This document shows, piece by piece, positions 1 to 12,990 of a DNA stretch of 64,000 nt (its first letter is position 1; every line of letters starts with the position of its first letter). Made by a program: the position numbers and the translations under genes. This DNA comes from Tubiluchus corallicola (lineage: Eukaryota; Animalia; Priapulida). The stretch lies in NCBI GenBank assembly GCA_030141605.1, contig JAQGDQ010000081.1, positions 310,001 through 374,000 of the forward strand, given 5' to 3'. The notes below the pieces were generated by a model that had not been told where the DNA came from, ran no database searches, and saw nothing but the letters and a program-made list of their open reading frames with translations.

Positions 1-1730
1 AACGGCAGAAACTGTGAAGAGATTGACGACGATGATGATGACAACAACAACAACATGAAAAACACCGTTGTCAGAGGCAGCAACGGTAGCGCCAATGGAT
101 TGCGGAACTTACTTGAGTGCATGAGGATTTGGCAGAATATTATGGAAGGGGTGGTTAGAAGGTGGAATTTACCCCAGCCTGATTTAAAGCTTTTTCAGTG
201 AATAAAAAAGCTAGATAGGTATTTGACTACGAAATATGGAGTTTCAATGAGCTTACTGGATTAACATGCCATGCCATAGATTAGCATTGGAGCATCAAGG
301 TGTTCTGATCTGTGGTCAGATTTTTGATAGTTTGGGCGTATTGTAATTTTACAATTACGTAAGAAGCTGGCTATTATCAGACTTGTTGCCATTTGCATTT
401 TCGTCTTTCAGCAAACAATTTTAGACATTGCATATAAACATAGCACTCATTTTTGAGAAAGCTACTATATTAATTGATAATGAACCAAAAAAATATTTTG
501 TTTTGAAAGTGAAATACTAGTGAAAATTTGCTTAACTCCACAAAAATTTAATGGCGGTTACTTTATTGCAGTGTTTTCTGATTATGCCCTTGCTTTTACT
601 TTTTATGATTGATGATACAGTGTAGACGTTTTTGTGCATTTTTTAGTTCTAACACACCGCAAACAGTGCTGAATAAGTTATCACAACAATGCTAACACAC
701 TGTCAACAGTTTAGTTGGTTGCTTGTATATTACCTGGATAGATCAAGATGATGTTATATAATAATAATAATATGATATCGCTCTTTTCTATTTTTGTGCA
801 CCTGTATGCTACATTATGGCTACGGGTGTTAAAATTAATAAAAACAATTCATTACTTACAGTGTGGTCAGGTTCAGTTATAGTCCTTGATATGCATTTTG
901 ACTTTCAAAGATCATATTTTTTATGATGTCTGTTACATAACTGGACCAGAGAGAGAGAGAGACCCAAAACATGTGTAGTACTGTGTAAGGCACATATTGT
1001 GGTGAAGCAGTAAGTGCCATTGAGTTGTGGTTCAGCGTCAAAGTTCGGAACGGCAGAAACTGTGAAGAGATTGACGACGATGATGACGACACCTTTGTCA
1101 GAGGCAGCAACGGTAGTGCCTATGGATTGCGGTACTTACTTGAGTGCATGAGGATTTGGCAGAACATTATGGAAGGGGTGGTTAGAAAGTGGAATTTACC
1201 CCAGTCTGATTTAAAGCTTTTTCAGTGAATAAAAAAGCTAGATAGGTATTTGACTACGAAATATGGAGTTTCAATGAGCTTGCTGGATTAACATGCNNNN
1301 NNNNNNNNNNNNNNNNNNNNNNNNNNNNNNNNNNNNNNNNNNNNNNNNNNNNNNNNNNNNNNNNNNNNNNNNNNNNNNNNNNNNNNNNNNNNNNNNGATC
1401 AGCATCAAAGTTCGCGACAATAAAGATCATGTTATAAAATATATCGCCTTTCTCGATTTTTGTGCGCCTGTATACTACATTATGGCAATGGGTGTTAAAA
1501 TTAATAAAAACAACTCATTACTTACTGTATGGTCAGGCTCATTTATAGTTCTTGATATGCATTTTGACTTTCAAAGATCATATTTTTTATGATGTCTGTT
1601 GCATAACTGGACCAGAGAGAGACCCAAAACATCTGTAGTACTGTGTAAGGCACATATTCTGGTGAAGCAGTAAGTGCCATTGAGTTGTGGTTCAGCGTCA
1701 AAGTTTGGAACGGCAAAAACTGTGAAGAGC
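1..1730. repeat. ~1.05-kb tandem duplicated unit spanning the scaffold gap (1-276 ~ 1049-1296; ~775-1069 ~ 1440-1730)
   Basis: Near-identical blocks, e.g. 'aacggcagaaactgtgaagagattgacgacgatgatga' at 1 and 1049, and 'gtgaagcagtaagtgccattgagttgtggttcagcgtcaaagtt' at ~1002 and ~1662. Scattered substitutions and an indel separate the copies. Confidence 0.9.
1297..1396. other. Assembly gap (100 N)
   Basis: Run of exactly 100 N, followed immediately by GATC. Confidence 1.
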
Positions 1731-2103
1731 TGGGCAAATTAAACTTGGGTAGCTTACTGTGTCAGAAAGAGTAAGCAACCATGTGTGAAATACCTCTTGC
1801 GTAGCTATTTCATGGTAAGAGATCAGTTATACAATGCTAAATTTTGGCAATAAATGCAGGTACAATAATAATGGCGGAAAAAAATCGGATTATTAATAAA
1901 TATTATTAAATATCGACAATTTCTTATTGATAGCTATGTACAATTCAGGCCTTGTCGGATCTTATTTTAGATTAAAAAAGTTGTGATTGCCGTCTTTGTA
2001 TGAGGCGCTTAATTTTTTTTACGAATTGTTCTATAGCGCTTATAGACTTATAAAGCGGGGGTGGGTGTGTGGGTAAGGTGGACTCTTACAAGAGGCGTTT
2101 TGT

Positions 2104-2172
2104 AAGTGATTCATCAAAAAAACGAGACTGATTTCAAGTTGAATTTTCGTCTAGTTTTTTGATGAATCACTT
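2104..2172. repeat. Inverted repeat / hairpin (possible MITE or foldback remnant)
   Basis: 'aagtgattcatcaaaaaa' ... 'ttttttgatgaatcactt' form perfect 18-bp arms, with further partial pairing inside. Confidence 0.8.
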
Positions 2173-2388
2173 CAAATTCTAAGCATTGCCTAAACGGCAA
2201 AGACACCGTGTTTTAAAATTAGACAGCTTGCTGGAATCAGGGTTATAATCGATGTCATTTCGCGGATTTTAATAATCTTACTAATTGAATTAGACGCTTC
2301 ATTGCATCTAATTCTTCAATGAATATGAATTTATTGGTTATTCAAACTGTCTTGGTTCTCTCGTTCGATTCGGGCCCTTTTTGTTTTC

Positions 2389-5300
2389 CTATCTATGTCG
2401 TCTACATGGTGCATTGATGATGAATTTTTTATAATCCATTAGGAAAACGCAGAGCACTGCATTGTAAAACAACAAAGAATTGCGTTGAAAAGGTTCCCCA
2501 ATGGCACACGTGAGCTTAGATTGGCTTACAAAAAACTCAGTTAATGTCCCAGTATCAACACAGTTTATGGCTTTATTGTCCGTCGGCAGATGCGAACATA
2601 TTATTGTGACAACGGCGGCAGCTTGATCGATGATGATCGTCAATTAATAACTGTATGAAATTACACACCGAATAACAATTGGTGGTTTGGAAAGATCGAA
2701 TACTGCTGCTTCTGTTCCTAAATAGCTGCTGCAGACTGCAGTTAAATTCAAAATTTCCTGAAAACTATATATATATATTTTTTTTCTTGTAGCGATTCTT
2801 AATTGTTTTTGAACATAATTTCACTAATACTGCAGTGATGTATCAAGTGTCAAGTATCTTGTTGCTAGGTTTGATCAATATAAGTTTTGTTATATAGAGT
2901 ACTTTGCTCCGTGCGTTAGATTTATGATTTTCTCATCCATGGGATGTGAGTTCAAGAGTAAGTATTGTTGTTTTTCGCTAAGGTAGGTTACTGTTTGCCA
3001 CGATATTTCGTGACATGTAGTGGTTATAATACGAGAAAAATGGGATTTGTGATTGGCAGTGAAATGCTGTCTCAAAGATAAAAGCCTCCATGGGCATATT
3101 AGGTTATTTTTCACAGTGACACAGTGTTGCAGTTTCTAAAGCCTTTCCAAGTATCTAACACACAACTACCTAACACAAAGAGTGGTCGGCAAGTTTTTGC
3201 ATCAATGCTAGTAAACTGCTAACAGTTTAGTCGACTGCTCGCATGTTACCTGTGAGCAGATCAAAGGTAACACTAGCAGAGACAAAAACGCAGTTTATGT
3301 TTAGTATACCTGTAAGCTATGTAATTACAAAGAGTCTAAAAGTTAATCAAAAATAACTTAGTACTTATCGTATTTTCAAAATATGATGCAATGACAACGC
3401 TTTCAAGATTTTGACTAGTTATGACACATAACACTTGTTGTGGTGACTTACAATTAGCGTATGAAAGAAGCTGAGCAGAATCCTTTACGCTTTTGGTATC
3501 ATACATAGTGGCAGGTAACTTTTAGCAACTCGGTAACACACTATCGACACTTTAGTGAGCTGTTCTCGTAATACTAAAATTATTAGTTTATTAATTTGTA
3601 TTACCATGGCAAAAATGTTAACACACCACAATTAACTCTGTGAGCTGCTGACATATAAGCTCGGTCAGACTATTGCACTTTATATTAAATTTTTAATTTT
3701 TTTTGCATTGAACTTTTGCACATATATCAGCTATTTTATGGCAGAGGGTGTTAAATTCGCAGGCTTACTGATGGTAACAATCTTCAATGAAATGTTCATT
3801 GACACATTGCCACTAGCAAAGCAGAATTTTATCTTCGCCTGCGCCATGTTCGCTTTCTACAGCCTTATTCAACATAGTTCTACAGCATGCATGAACAAAC
3901 CACAGTGTAAAACGTCCAATTCAGCAGATAATATGCCCCATTCTTTACGTGCTCTATAAATCATTTTCCCTGTGATTTCCAACTGATAATTACTCGACTT
4001 TAAAGTATAGTAATGCTGTGCCAGAGTGACCGGTTTCTCGGTAGGATTAAGAACCGATTTCGTCTCAGATGAGGAAACAAACTTTGCCAGATTAACTGTC
4101 TGTTTGCAAACTGGATCCACACACTGACAAGAGTAATTGCACTAATATCCCTAAAGATTGGCGTCTATTCCATTCATTATAGCCAGCGAAACACGCCGAA
4201 ATTCACTGCAGCCAGATGAGATTCGGTTTACTACTGAGAAAGAACAAGAAGTGCAATTATAAGCAGTCACTGGCAAGTTAATATGGCGTCTGTAACTAAT
4301 AATTTAAAGAGATTTTACTTTCACATCAATTTGACAAATATCATATCGTTCGTCTGCTACTTTAGACTTGAAATACTGTGCAGGTATCAGGGCTTCCCTA
4401 ACAGCCAATTCAAAATAAAGATCTTTAGTTCTTTAAAGTAGGAAATAAAACGGGTGCTTTTATATTTGCAATGCTGTAGAAGTATAGTTAAAAAGCTATC
4501 GTTAACTCTATCCGATGAATTTTATATCTGAACCGGTATAAATCTTGTTTGCGGAAAACAACGATGGACCTAAAAGCGACTGAGAAAAGAAGCGCTGAAA
4601 AATTGAGACCAGTCAAGACTTTAAGTACATGAATGCTGTTCTTGATTTTAATCCACTACGCATTATGGTCGATTTAGTCCTAAATTAAAGTTTGCTCACT
4701 TTGCTGGGTATTAATTTGAAAATTATAGACATTTGCTGCGCTGGGAGGCGCTGTTACAATTTTGTATAACTATTCCATATAACAGGCTAAACCAATCCAG
4801 TGATTCTGAAACACTTTTATAATTTGTAATAGATATTATTTCTAGACTGCTTGACAAATAAATATGACAAAGTTTTTTTTCGTATGATGCGCGAACTAGT
4901 TTAAACTGATTTAGTTGCACTGGGACTACTTTTATGAATAAATTCCGAGTTAGCGAATTATAGACCCCATACTGCTTAAAACAGAAAGCAAATCCAACGT
5001 GTAATAAAATTTAAAAATCTTGGGTGTGCTGCCTATGCCAGGCAGCAACAGTTTGCCTCAGTTGCCCAACAAATTAAGATCTTACTATTCACATTTAATC
5101 TGTTACCACGTTTCAAAAGTATTGGTACAACATTTCCTATAGCTACTCTTACCTATAAGTAACCCTAAAACAGGTTTGACCTCTATAACTATACAGTCAT
5201 CCTTTATTACAGACCTATATAAAGTCTGAATTTTTAAGTCGCAAGGCGGAGTATTTTGTTGGAGGTGGTCATAAAATCTTCAATGACTTGCTTGGTCAAA

Positions 5301-5690
5301 GCGGTGTTTAGACGCCACAGTATAACAAGCATCACTAGCCGTTAAAGAGACAAGGGAAAACAGCAACGACAACGGTGAAACAAAAATTCAGTTCAAATTC
5401 AGAAACAAATGAATTACCCGAGAAATTTTGTTCGGCTATTTATCTCGAAGGTTAAATGTACATTATTGTTCATTTAGAAACACAGTAGATGGTGAAATTT
5501 TTACGTTTCCATTTTAGCAAATAATCGGTTTTCATTTTTTTTAGGTGTACGGTTTCCATATATGCTCCAGTTTTCAAATCTGATTACTGAGCAGTGATCA
5601 CGAACCTTTATACTCTCGTTTTTTTCTTGTGTACAGTTACACAATGACCCACAAACAAAGCATACAATGAGTCCTCTAAAAAACAACCTA
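2389..5690 (-). pseudogene. Array unit U0: decayed gene for an uncharacterised secreted Cys-containing protein
   Basis: Signal-like LFFRGLIVCFVCGSLCNC (~5640-5686); A/C-type 'WFSLLYGIVIQNCNSA' (4723-4920); D-type 'KPVTLAQHYY' (~4030); E-type 'HPMDEKIINLTH' (~2900-2950); weaker F-type at 2389-2640. Stops and repeat insertions interrupt the unit. Confidence 0.6.
3120..3760. repeat. Copy of a local degenerate repeat family inserted in U0
   Basis: 'agtggcaggtaacttttagcaac..gtaacacact.tc.aca.ttta' is shared with ~680-720, ~7049-7280 and ~7457. 3435-3530 resembles 7367-7480. Confidence 0.75.
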
Positions 5691-6549
5691 CCTTATCCTC
5701 GAGTTACAAAATCTCAGAGAGACGCCTTTCTTTGTACTGTTTAATCTATGTATGGCGTATTGTTCTTTCATTATTCTGACTAATTTTAATGACCTATTTC
5801 ACGCTGGTGGTAAGTGTTTTCTCAGAGGTTCTTATTAAGGGTACGACCGCAGGTGGTACCTAGTTACATTAGATATATTTACTTTCACATTCAGTCAAGC
5901 CAACATTCATAACTGCTACTTTTGTGCCGGTAATCAGTCATAAATACAAAAGTGGCCTGAATTTACTAAGCTTGTGAAAGTGTCTCAAACGACGTTACTT
6001 AAATATGTAGCAGCAGCAGCAGCAGTATCAACGTTTTTAATTTCGATTTGAAGTTCATCAGTGAAATATGATTGCGAGTATATTTATATGTAAACACTGT
6101 AAAGTTGAAAAACATGAGCGTTCCTTAGCAGCAAGTTAAGACTTTCATCGTAAAAAAATTCTGACGATTAACAAGAAATTACAAATACGAGCTTCGGTAT
6201 TTGGCTCTATGTGGTTATATCTTAACTTGTCCTTTTGTAAAAAAAAGGACACGATAATTTTACTTTTGCTAGATTTGCAAAGTACGCCAAGAATAAATCA
6301 GCCCGCGATACGAGCGGCATGTGAATAAATCAGCCCCCGATTCGCCCTTATAATTACTTCGCAAGAGAGAAAAATTGCAGATCTGCAGTGCAGAAGAAAT
6401 GTTGCGATTCTCGTAAATTTAAATCATACTGGATTTTGCGTTTTCGCCGATCAACAGTCGTATTTGCCGTATTTTACATTCGTTTATTTATCTAGGGATA
6501 AATTTTTTACACAGACCAGGTGCGGAACGGCGTGTTGAGTCTAGCACAT

Positions 6550-7800
6550 CACAAAGTGCATAGGTCAGTTTTAGCAACAATGCTAACAAACCATCCATAG
6601 CTTAAGGGACTATTCATATGCCTATATCACTTAGACATAGGGGTTTGTATCATATTGCAAAAATTGTTATTTGTAACTATAATATTTTAAGCGCTTATTG
6701 ACTCGGGTGTTAAAAATAAAAATTAATTGATCACTGTGGGATCAAGCAGAGTATAATATGCAATATGCCGCGATAATATATGTGATTTTGAGGCGGATTA
6801 ACTCTGAATGAAGTCCGGCTGTCGACCGACTTAGTCCGGCACAGAGTGACTTTTAGAAGCTTTACAAATCTAAAAATTTATTTCGAAATGTTCTAAATTT
6901 ATCACCATCTCTTTTCATAACACCTTTCCTAATTCGTACGTAACGATCGCCATGGGCTCTTTGTCACTATATTTAACTTACTGAATTACACTACTTCTGC
7001 AACAATGGTAACAAACCCCGGTCAGCTCCATGAATTACAGATATCCACAGTGGCGGGTAACTTTTAGCAACAGTGGTAACACACTGTCAACAGTTTAACG
7101 AGCTACTCTTTTAATACTGGTATTCTTAATTTACTAACTTGCATTACCTTTGCAACAATGTTAACAAACCACAATCAAGTCTGTGAGCTGCTGATATATA
7201 AGCTGGATTAGTCTATTGCAGTTTGTTATTTTTACGTCTGAATTTCTGCACACCTATAAGTTATTTTATGACTGAGGGTGTATAATTAATAAAAAGATAA
7301 TTGTTTACTTACTGTACAGCTAGGCACAGCCAGTCATTTCCTGTGTTCATTTGAATGGCAGAATGTTTTGTTGTGGTGACTTAGAATAAGCTTAGGAAAG
7401 AAGTTGCTACTTAGAATATCCTTTATGGTTTGGGCAGCACCTATCACACCACACACAGTGGCAGGTAACTTTTAGCAAGTAACCAATAAGTAATCAGTAA
7501 GTAATAATTAAGTTGTAGGTTACTTTTAAAAACACGGACAATACGTAAAATATGGAAAAAGCTAGAAGAGAGAAGAGTCGGTCATGGTGAGCTGCATGCA
7601 TATGCTTTTGTGTGTAACTAGTACACAACAAATGGTTGTGTTCCAGAAGCTGTGCTAACAAAACACCAATTAATTAGCATGATACTCTATTATTAATTGA
7701 ATTCCACATTAATTGGTTCTGGACTACACTTAGCAATATTAACCTTTGCTTTTGCGCAACTATGAGTTATTTTAAGATATCAGCTGTTAAAGAATAAAAA
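6550..7800. repeat. Degenerate tandem copies of the same local repeat family
   Basis: Recurring 'gcaacaatg(g/c/t)taacaaacc', 'gtggc(a/g)ggtaacttttagcaa' and 'gggtgt(t/a)(a/t)aa' motifs at ~6570, 7000, 7050, 7150 and 7457. Confidence 0.7.
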
Positions 7801-7949
7801 CTACTCAGGCACGGCGTACAATCAAACACAGTTTTACTTAGAACTTGTGATTGAGCACTTTACTCGTATTAGGAATTAAAAAAAATCAACAGCAACAAAA
7901 TAAGCAAATATTTACATTGTAGGACTAAAAAAGGATTTATCAAACTCGG

Positions 7950-10900
7950 AGTACACTTTTGTACAGGCCAAATAAGTAGTAGTGGGCTTTCTTCAAAATT
8001 TCCACTAGATATTATGGTACTTCATGACAAACATTTCCTGCAGTAATTACTTGAAGATGGTGCTTCGGTTTGAATGGTAATCTGAAAGCAATCTATATTT
8101 GTCCTAGGCAAACCCTACAACAGTAATACAAAGCTGCCATCCCAGTCTCTGCTCTTATTGATTACCATTTAGAGGAAATCATTGTCGCCCAAAAAAAGTG
8201 AAATGAACTCTTTCAAAAGCGCCAACAATTAGCTAACAACTGTCAAGTACGAAAGCACGCACGAGGCTTGGATTGTTTAGAGAAGTGCTGTCGTTAGGAA
8301 ACATATTTAACGAGTTGCATTAATTAGACATGTAAATATGCTCGCCATTCGCTGCCCTTGCTGAATATAAGACTGGTATTAGGGTAAAATTAACGAGGTG
8401 TTAATTGTACTGCTACAGCTTAAAAATTAAGCAGACCCTTTATGTACTATAGCATGAACATGAAACTCTCTATTTGAATTCTTCAAGTTTGTTTTCATCA
8501 CTTTTATATAAATAATCATGCCAGATATATACATATGCTTTATAGTGAAACCCATGCTGTACACCAAATAAAATTATTAGTTCCCTTACTATAAGTTAGT
8601 TGCTAGGACCACTTGATTTTTAAATTGCCTTGAAATTTATTAAGACTTTTTGTGGCCTAAGCTGCACTTAATAGAGTTGTTGCTGAGCGCGATACCAGAG
8701 ATTCTTTTGTTGTTGCTATTGACGGGAAAATATTAAATTGTCAGTTTTGCAATGAATGCTTAGCTCTCAGTCGCTCACATTCAAACTTCAATCGGGCACT
8801 CGAACAAAATTGATTTTGTTGTCAACGCGAAAATGTTTGGCATGCAACGGTGTCAACTACACCATTTAAAACTACGTCTAAGTCTTTAGTTTGAAGAGCT
8901 GCTGTCCTCAGCCTTCTCAAAACGGGCATAGAATTTCAGAGTGATTAGCTGGTTTCCTCCCATCTGTCATTTGTTATCGAATGTCTTTTGTACTTTGTCC
9001 AGTGCAACTCGTTAGTTTTTTTCTGTCCAACCAGCTTTCTTTTTTTCCCAAAATTCAGAGGAGATTAACTTGGGAGTTTTGCTGTTGTGATACAACCTGT
9101 CACACCGACAAAGACTTGCATGTATGGTTACATATGGCGGAGGATAATCTACAATGACTGCTGTCAGCAAGTCTGTTATCTATGCTAGTATCCATACTAA
9201 TCCTATCTACTGGCTCGCCTTCGTAGCTCGTTGTCTAACGTGCTTTTTTAATTTCAACAGGACTGGTTCATGTGCAGCAACTTGCCTGCAGGTTTTTTTG
9301 GCTTACCTTGATAAACGATATGGAAATGTCGTTTTTTTAGTCTATTTGTCAGACACAGTGTACATTCAAATGAATGTTTTGTCAATTTCTGCCATGACAT
9401 CTAGTACGATACAAATAGTTGTAGGTTTCTTGCAATTGTACTAACAGACCCCAAACAGTTCTACGAACTCGTGTAACACCACCGGCTATGTGGAAACCAT
9501 GTATACGTATTTATGATCTGTTGTATGATTTAACTTCGCAACACCAGTCGGTTGACTACAAAAATAGATATCCCGGGCCAGCTGCATTAAATATGATTAT
9601 TGGAGGAATTGTAGAATCTATACCAGGTGCCAGACCTTCACCTTTTTGCCACTACATTTTGATAAAATACTTTTATGGACACTGGAACGTTTTTGTCAGA
9701 TAGCAATCCTTTATGATGATGAAGTTTTACGGAAATTGAGCTGACAATTTCATTTTACTACATGATGATTTTATGAGGATTAATTACGTCTGTTTTCTTG
9801 CTTGGATCACGGAACGTTGCACAACACCATGTACCAGCATTTTTTAGGAAAAGTGTGCTGCGATGTATCCATCAACTTGCATACCAGAAATTGGGCTGAA
9901 ATAGTTTTTTAGCATTTTGCGTCTGGCAATATATTTTTTTGTAGCAACACTTACCAACCCAAGCACGTCATGCCAAATTCACATTCGGTCAATAAATGAG
10001 CATTGAGAACGCAAGGCTAACTAGTATGTGTGATGCACTTACGCAAAGAGTTTGCGCTCTTGTTAGGCCACTTTGTTTTCAATAATTTTGATTTTAGTAA
10101 GTTTCTTTTCACGAGTTTGTTTACAACCTTATTATGTCATTCAAAATGGTAGGACAACACGCTGTAACGTTGCTGTACACCATTTCGTAAATAGAAACCA
10201 TAAATTTTGCAGCCTGACACTGCATGTGCCAGTGGCTAGTTTTTGCGGCATCGTATTGTAAATTGCTTTCAATTCAAGTGCCTGAGAAGGATTCTCTAGA
10301 TTAGGTGATACTGGCAGATGACTAACCAAGAAGTGGCAGGCAGGGCACCCATGAATTCCTTAAATGATGAGGTTAGGAGGAGGAGATGGGACTGGCCTGG
10401 ACGTCGAAATGAAGGGCGAAAACGACTATGTGGCGGCGATGGAGTGGACTCCACTTTTAAATGGGCCTGCCATGTTGCAAAGTAAGCCACATAACCAGAC
10501 GTTCCATTGTGAAAATGGTTTGCAAATGTTTCAAGAACACAAATGCACCTGGTATTTTTACCATTGAGCCATTCACATAAAGGTAAAAAATAAGAAATCG
10601 TTATTATCATTTAAAGAAAATTCACTTAACTTTTGAGAATGAGCGAGTCCTTCCTGGTGTGGTCCTTCCAGGTGTGCTCTTCAGAAACTTATTGACAGGC
10701 GAGTTTCTCTTTCCTTGATCTATCTCTGAGTTTTCTGTTGCCCAATGAGTCTGAATCTCCTGTAAAATGGTAGGCGTAATTATTTCTCTCCCCTATTGTT
10801 GCTTAATTTGCCTACCTGCTTCTTTTTCTGTTTCCAGTTTTTCTCATTTTAACAACTGAAAATTGCAGTGCAGATTTCTGAACCAAAACTGAAGTCAAGG

Positions 10901-12990
10901 TCACTAGTTTCTTTTTCTTAACCTGTTATTTTAATTTACGTTTTGTCACTGCTAAGTACTCGGGAATTGCACCCGTTCATTAGTAAATTGCACATAAAGT
11001 TGTATAAATTGCGTGTTCAACTTACATAAGCCTTAGTATGGCCTATAACAAAAAGTCACGCTTCCTCAAAAATTTTTACTTACCTTCACATTTATTAACA
11101 AAAATGTTATCATCACTAGCTAAGCAGTGGAGTGTTGATAACAATTTTCTAAGTAATTAGGTGCAATTACTGCCAGTATTTATATGCATTGTATTTATAT
11201 GCTTATTATTTTTCCTTTTTGGCATCCAGCTTTTTGGAACTGTCTAGTGTCAAGTAAATACTGTTAACTCGCCTTTTGAAGAGCTGCCAGAGGTTGTATT
11301 GCTTTGCAAGTCAAATGTCAAATTTCAAGCAGACTCCAGAGCCCAGTCCCACCCTCAAGGGCGCCAAAGTGTGTTTAACTATGACAGTTTGCCTTTCGTT
11401 GACTTTTTTGATGTATTACAAGGCATATCTTCCAATTCTGCGTCGAAGGCCTCTATCTTCACCGGGGTATCCGTCTTCCTACTCATTCGGCGCATGCGCT
11501 AGATCCATTCACCACTTCTATCCATGCACATCTGTACATGTGTGAAATTTTAAAACTAGGTCTAGTTCACAAAAATCCGTTAAAGTAGGGTCTTCACAAA
11601 GTCACATTTTACATTTAGGTTACAGTCTCATATTTTTAATTCTGGATAAACATAAATTGTCACGTTAGCCTATACTAGATTCCACGCCACAAAAATCTCG
11701 TTAATCTCCTACACTCTTGGAAAAGGATGATGACAAAACTTTCTAGAAAATGACTTTTGAATTTGATGGTATGGTCAACGATTACTCCACCAGAATCGTT
11801 GCCCCATCAGTGTTACAGGTTTTTGTAAGATTGATTTTCCAATTCTTAAGTCTTCGAATTATTAATGGAAAAATGCCAAGGACAACTTGCAGATAAAATC
11901 CAGCATCCAGCATACTTAATGTAACTGGTTGGGACAAAAACGGGTACTGCCTATCCTTTATTACGAAGGACATCGCTCTAGATAAGCCATTGCATAGCTC
12001 AAAGCCTCAATATGGATTGTTTTGCAGAACCCTGCATGCATCTTTTATTTACAAACTATTGGACTCTTCCCAATTTAGTTGGTTTTTATGATTTTTGATG
12101 ATCAAATAGACTTACCAATTATGACCTTAGTTGCTATCATGCAAAATAGATTCAGTTTCCTAAAATGGTTAATAAGTGTGTAGATCATGGCATTGGGCCT
12201 GAAGATTGGGAAAAGCTACACGAAAGAGGCTATGCTCCTACCTTTCAGAACATGCTTTTAATCGTTTTCTTGCTCAGGTCTTGCTTTGTCTTGTTTCTTA
12301 AGGCGCTGGTGCAAATGTTTTGGCCTTTCACTCTCAACCACAGCTTACGAGCTAAAAAATCATGGAAAGTCTTAATAAAGCGAATCGAAATTTGCAGGAA
12401 GGAAAGAGCCAACTTTGTTGCATGACGCTGGTTTGCATGGTTACGGATTCTGTGCGTCATAGAGATGAACGTACATCTTCTGTAACCCGTAAACGCCCAA
12501 TCGCGTGGTCTTACTTCTTGTAGACCAGTGAGCTAACGCTTTTATAACGTTTGTTCGATTTCTTGCGGTTTAGTCGAAGTTTAAGGCCGTATTTTAATAA
12601 GCAACACGTGATTTGCACACATTGTGTAATGTTACCTTTTTATGTTTTAATGTCTTTGTGACTTAATGTCTATCATAGTTTTTGTATTTAAAACTAGCGC
12701 AGTGCATAAATTTACACAAAATTGCCGTTACTTCTGGCGCCGAACCGATGAAAATTTCATATTTTTATTTTAAAATTGCTGCGTCCGCACGTAAAATTTA
12801 AAATAATGCAATATATCTTGGTCTGAAAAATATGAAGATAAGTAGAATCGTCTATACGATGGTTACATGAAATAGTATACACAGCAGATCTAACGAGAAA
12901 TATGCCACAATTAATGAGGAAGCATAATCTTAATATTAAAATCAAGACAAACGCAGAAAGTGATAAAAGTCGGACATTAATTATGGCTTG
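7950..12990 (-). pseudogene. Array unit U1: decayed gene for an uncharacterised secreted Cys-containing protein
   Basis: Signal-like 'LILILRLCFLINCGIFLVRS' (~12880-12945). A: 'PCKPASCNKVGSFLPANFDSLY*DF...ICTSALRNKT' ending AAG|gtagga at 12242. B: 'FCKTIHIEALSYAMAYLERCPS**RIGSTRF' (~11930-12030). D: 'GYPGEDRGLRRRIGRYAL*YIKK...LRVGLGSGVCLKFDI*LAKQYNLWQLFK' (11275-11475). E: 'YNCKKPTTICIVLDV' (~9400-9440). F: 'DKYRLLSDYHSNRSTIFK' (~8050-8103). Confidence 0.8.
10267..10452 (+). mobile_element. Decayed 3' fragment of an RTE-clade non-LTR retrotransposon (post-RT region)
   Basis: Reads FQFKCLRRIL*IR*YWQMTNQEVAGRA...NDEVRRRRWDW.G..(frameshift)..KGENDYVAAMEWTP. This matches the RTE C-terminal pattern 'KCLRRILxIxW...TNxEV...RRRRWxWxGHV...ALxWTP'. 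Confidence 0.8.

Noticed and set aside
1025-1228. 67-aa plus-strand ORF within the 1-kb repeat
   Set aside because: It has a non-ATG start, lies inside a tandem repeat, and has no recognisable motif.
9380-9445. 'CKKPTTICIVLDV' resembling a vWA domain start
   Set aside because: There is no DxSxS MIDAS motif, and the paralogous segments (ISKPQTILAVINTL, NYSKPTKIFL) do not keep the pattern.
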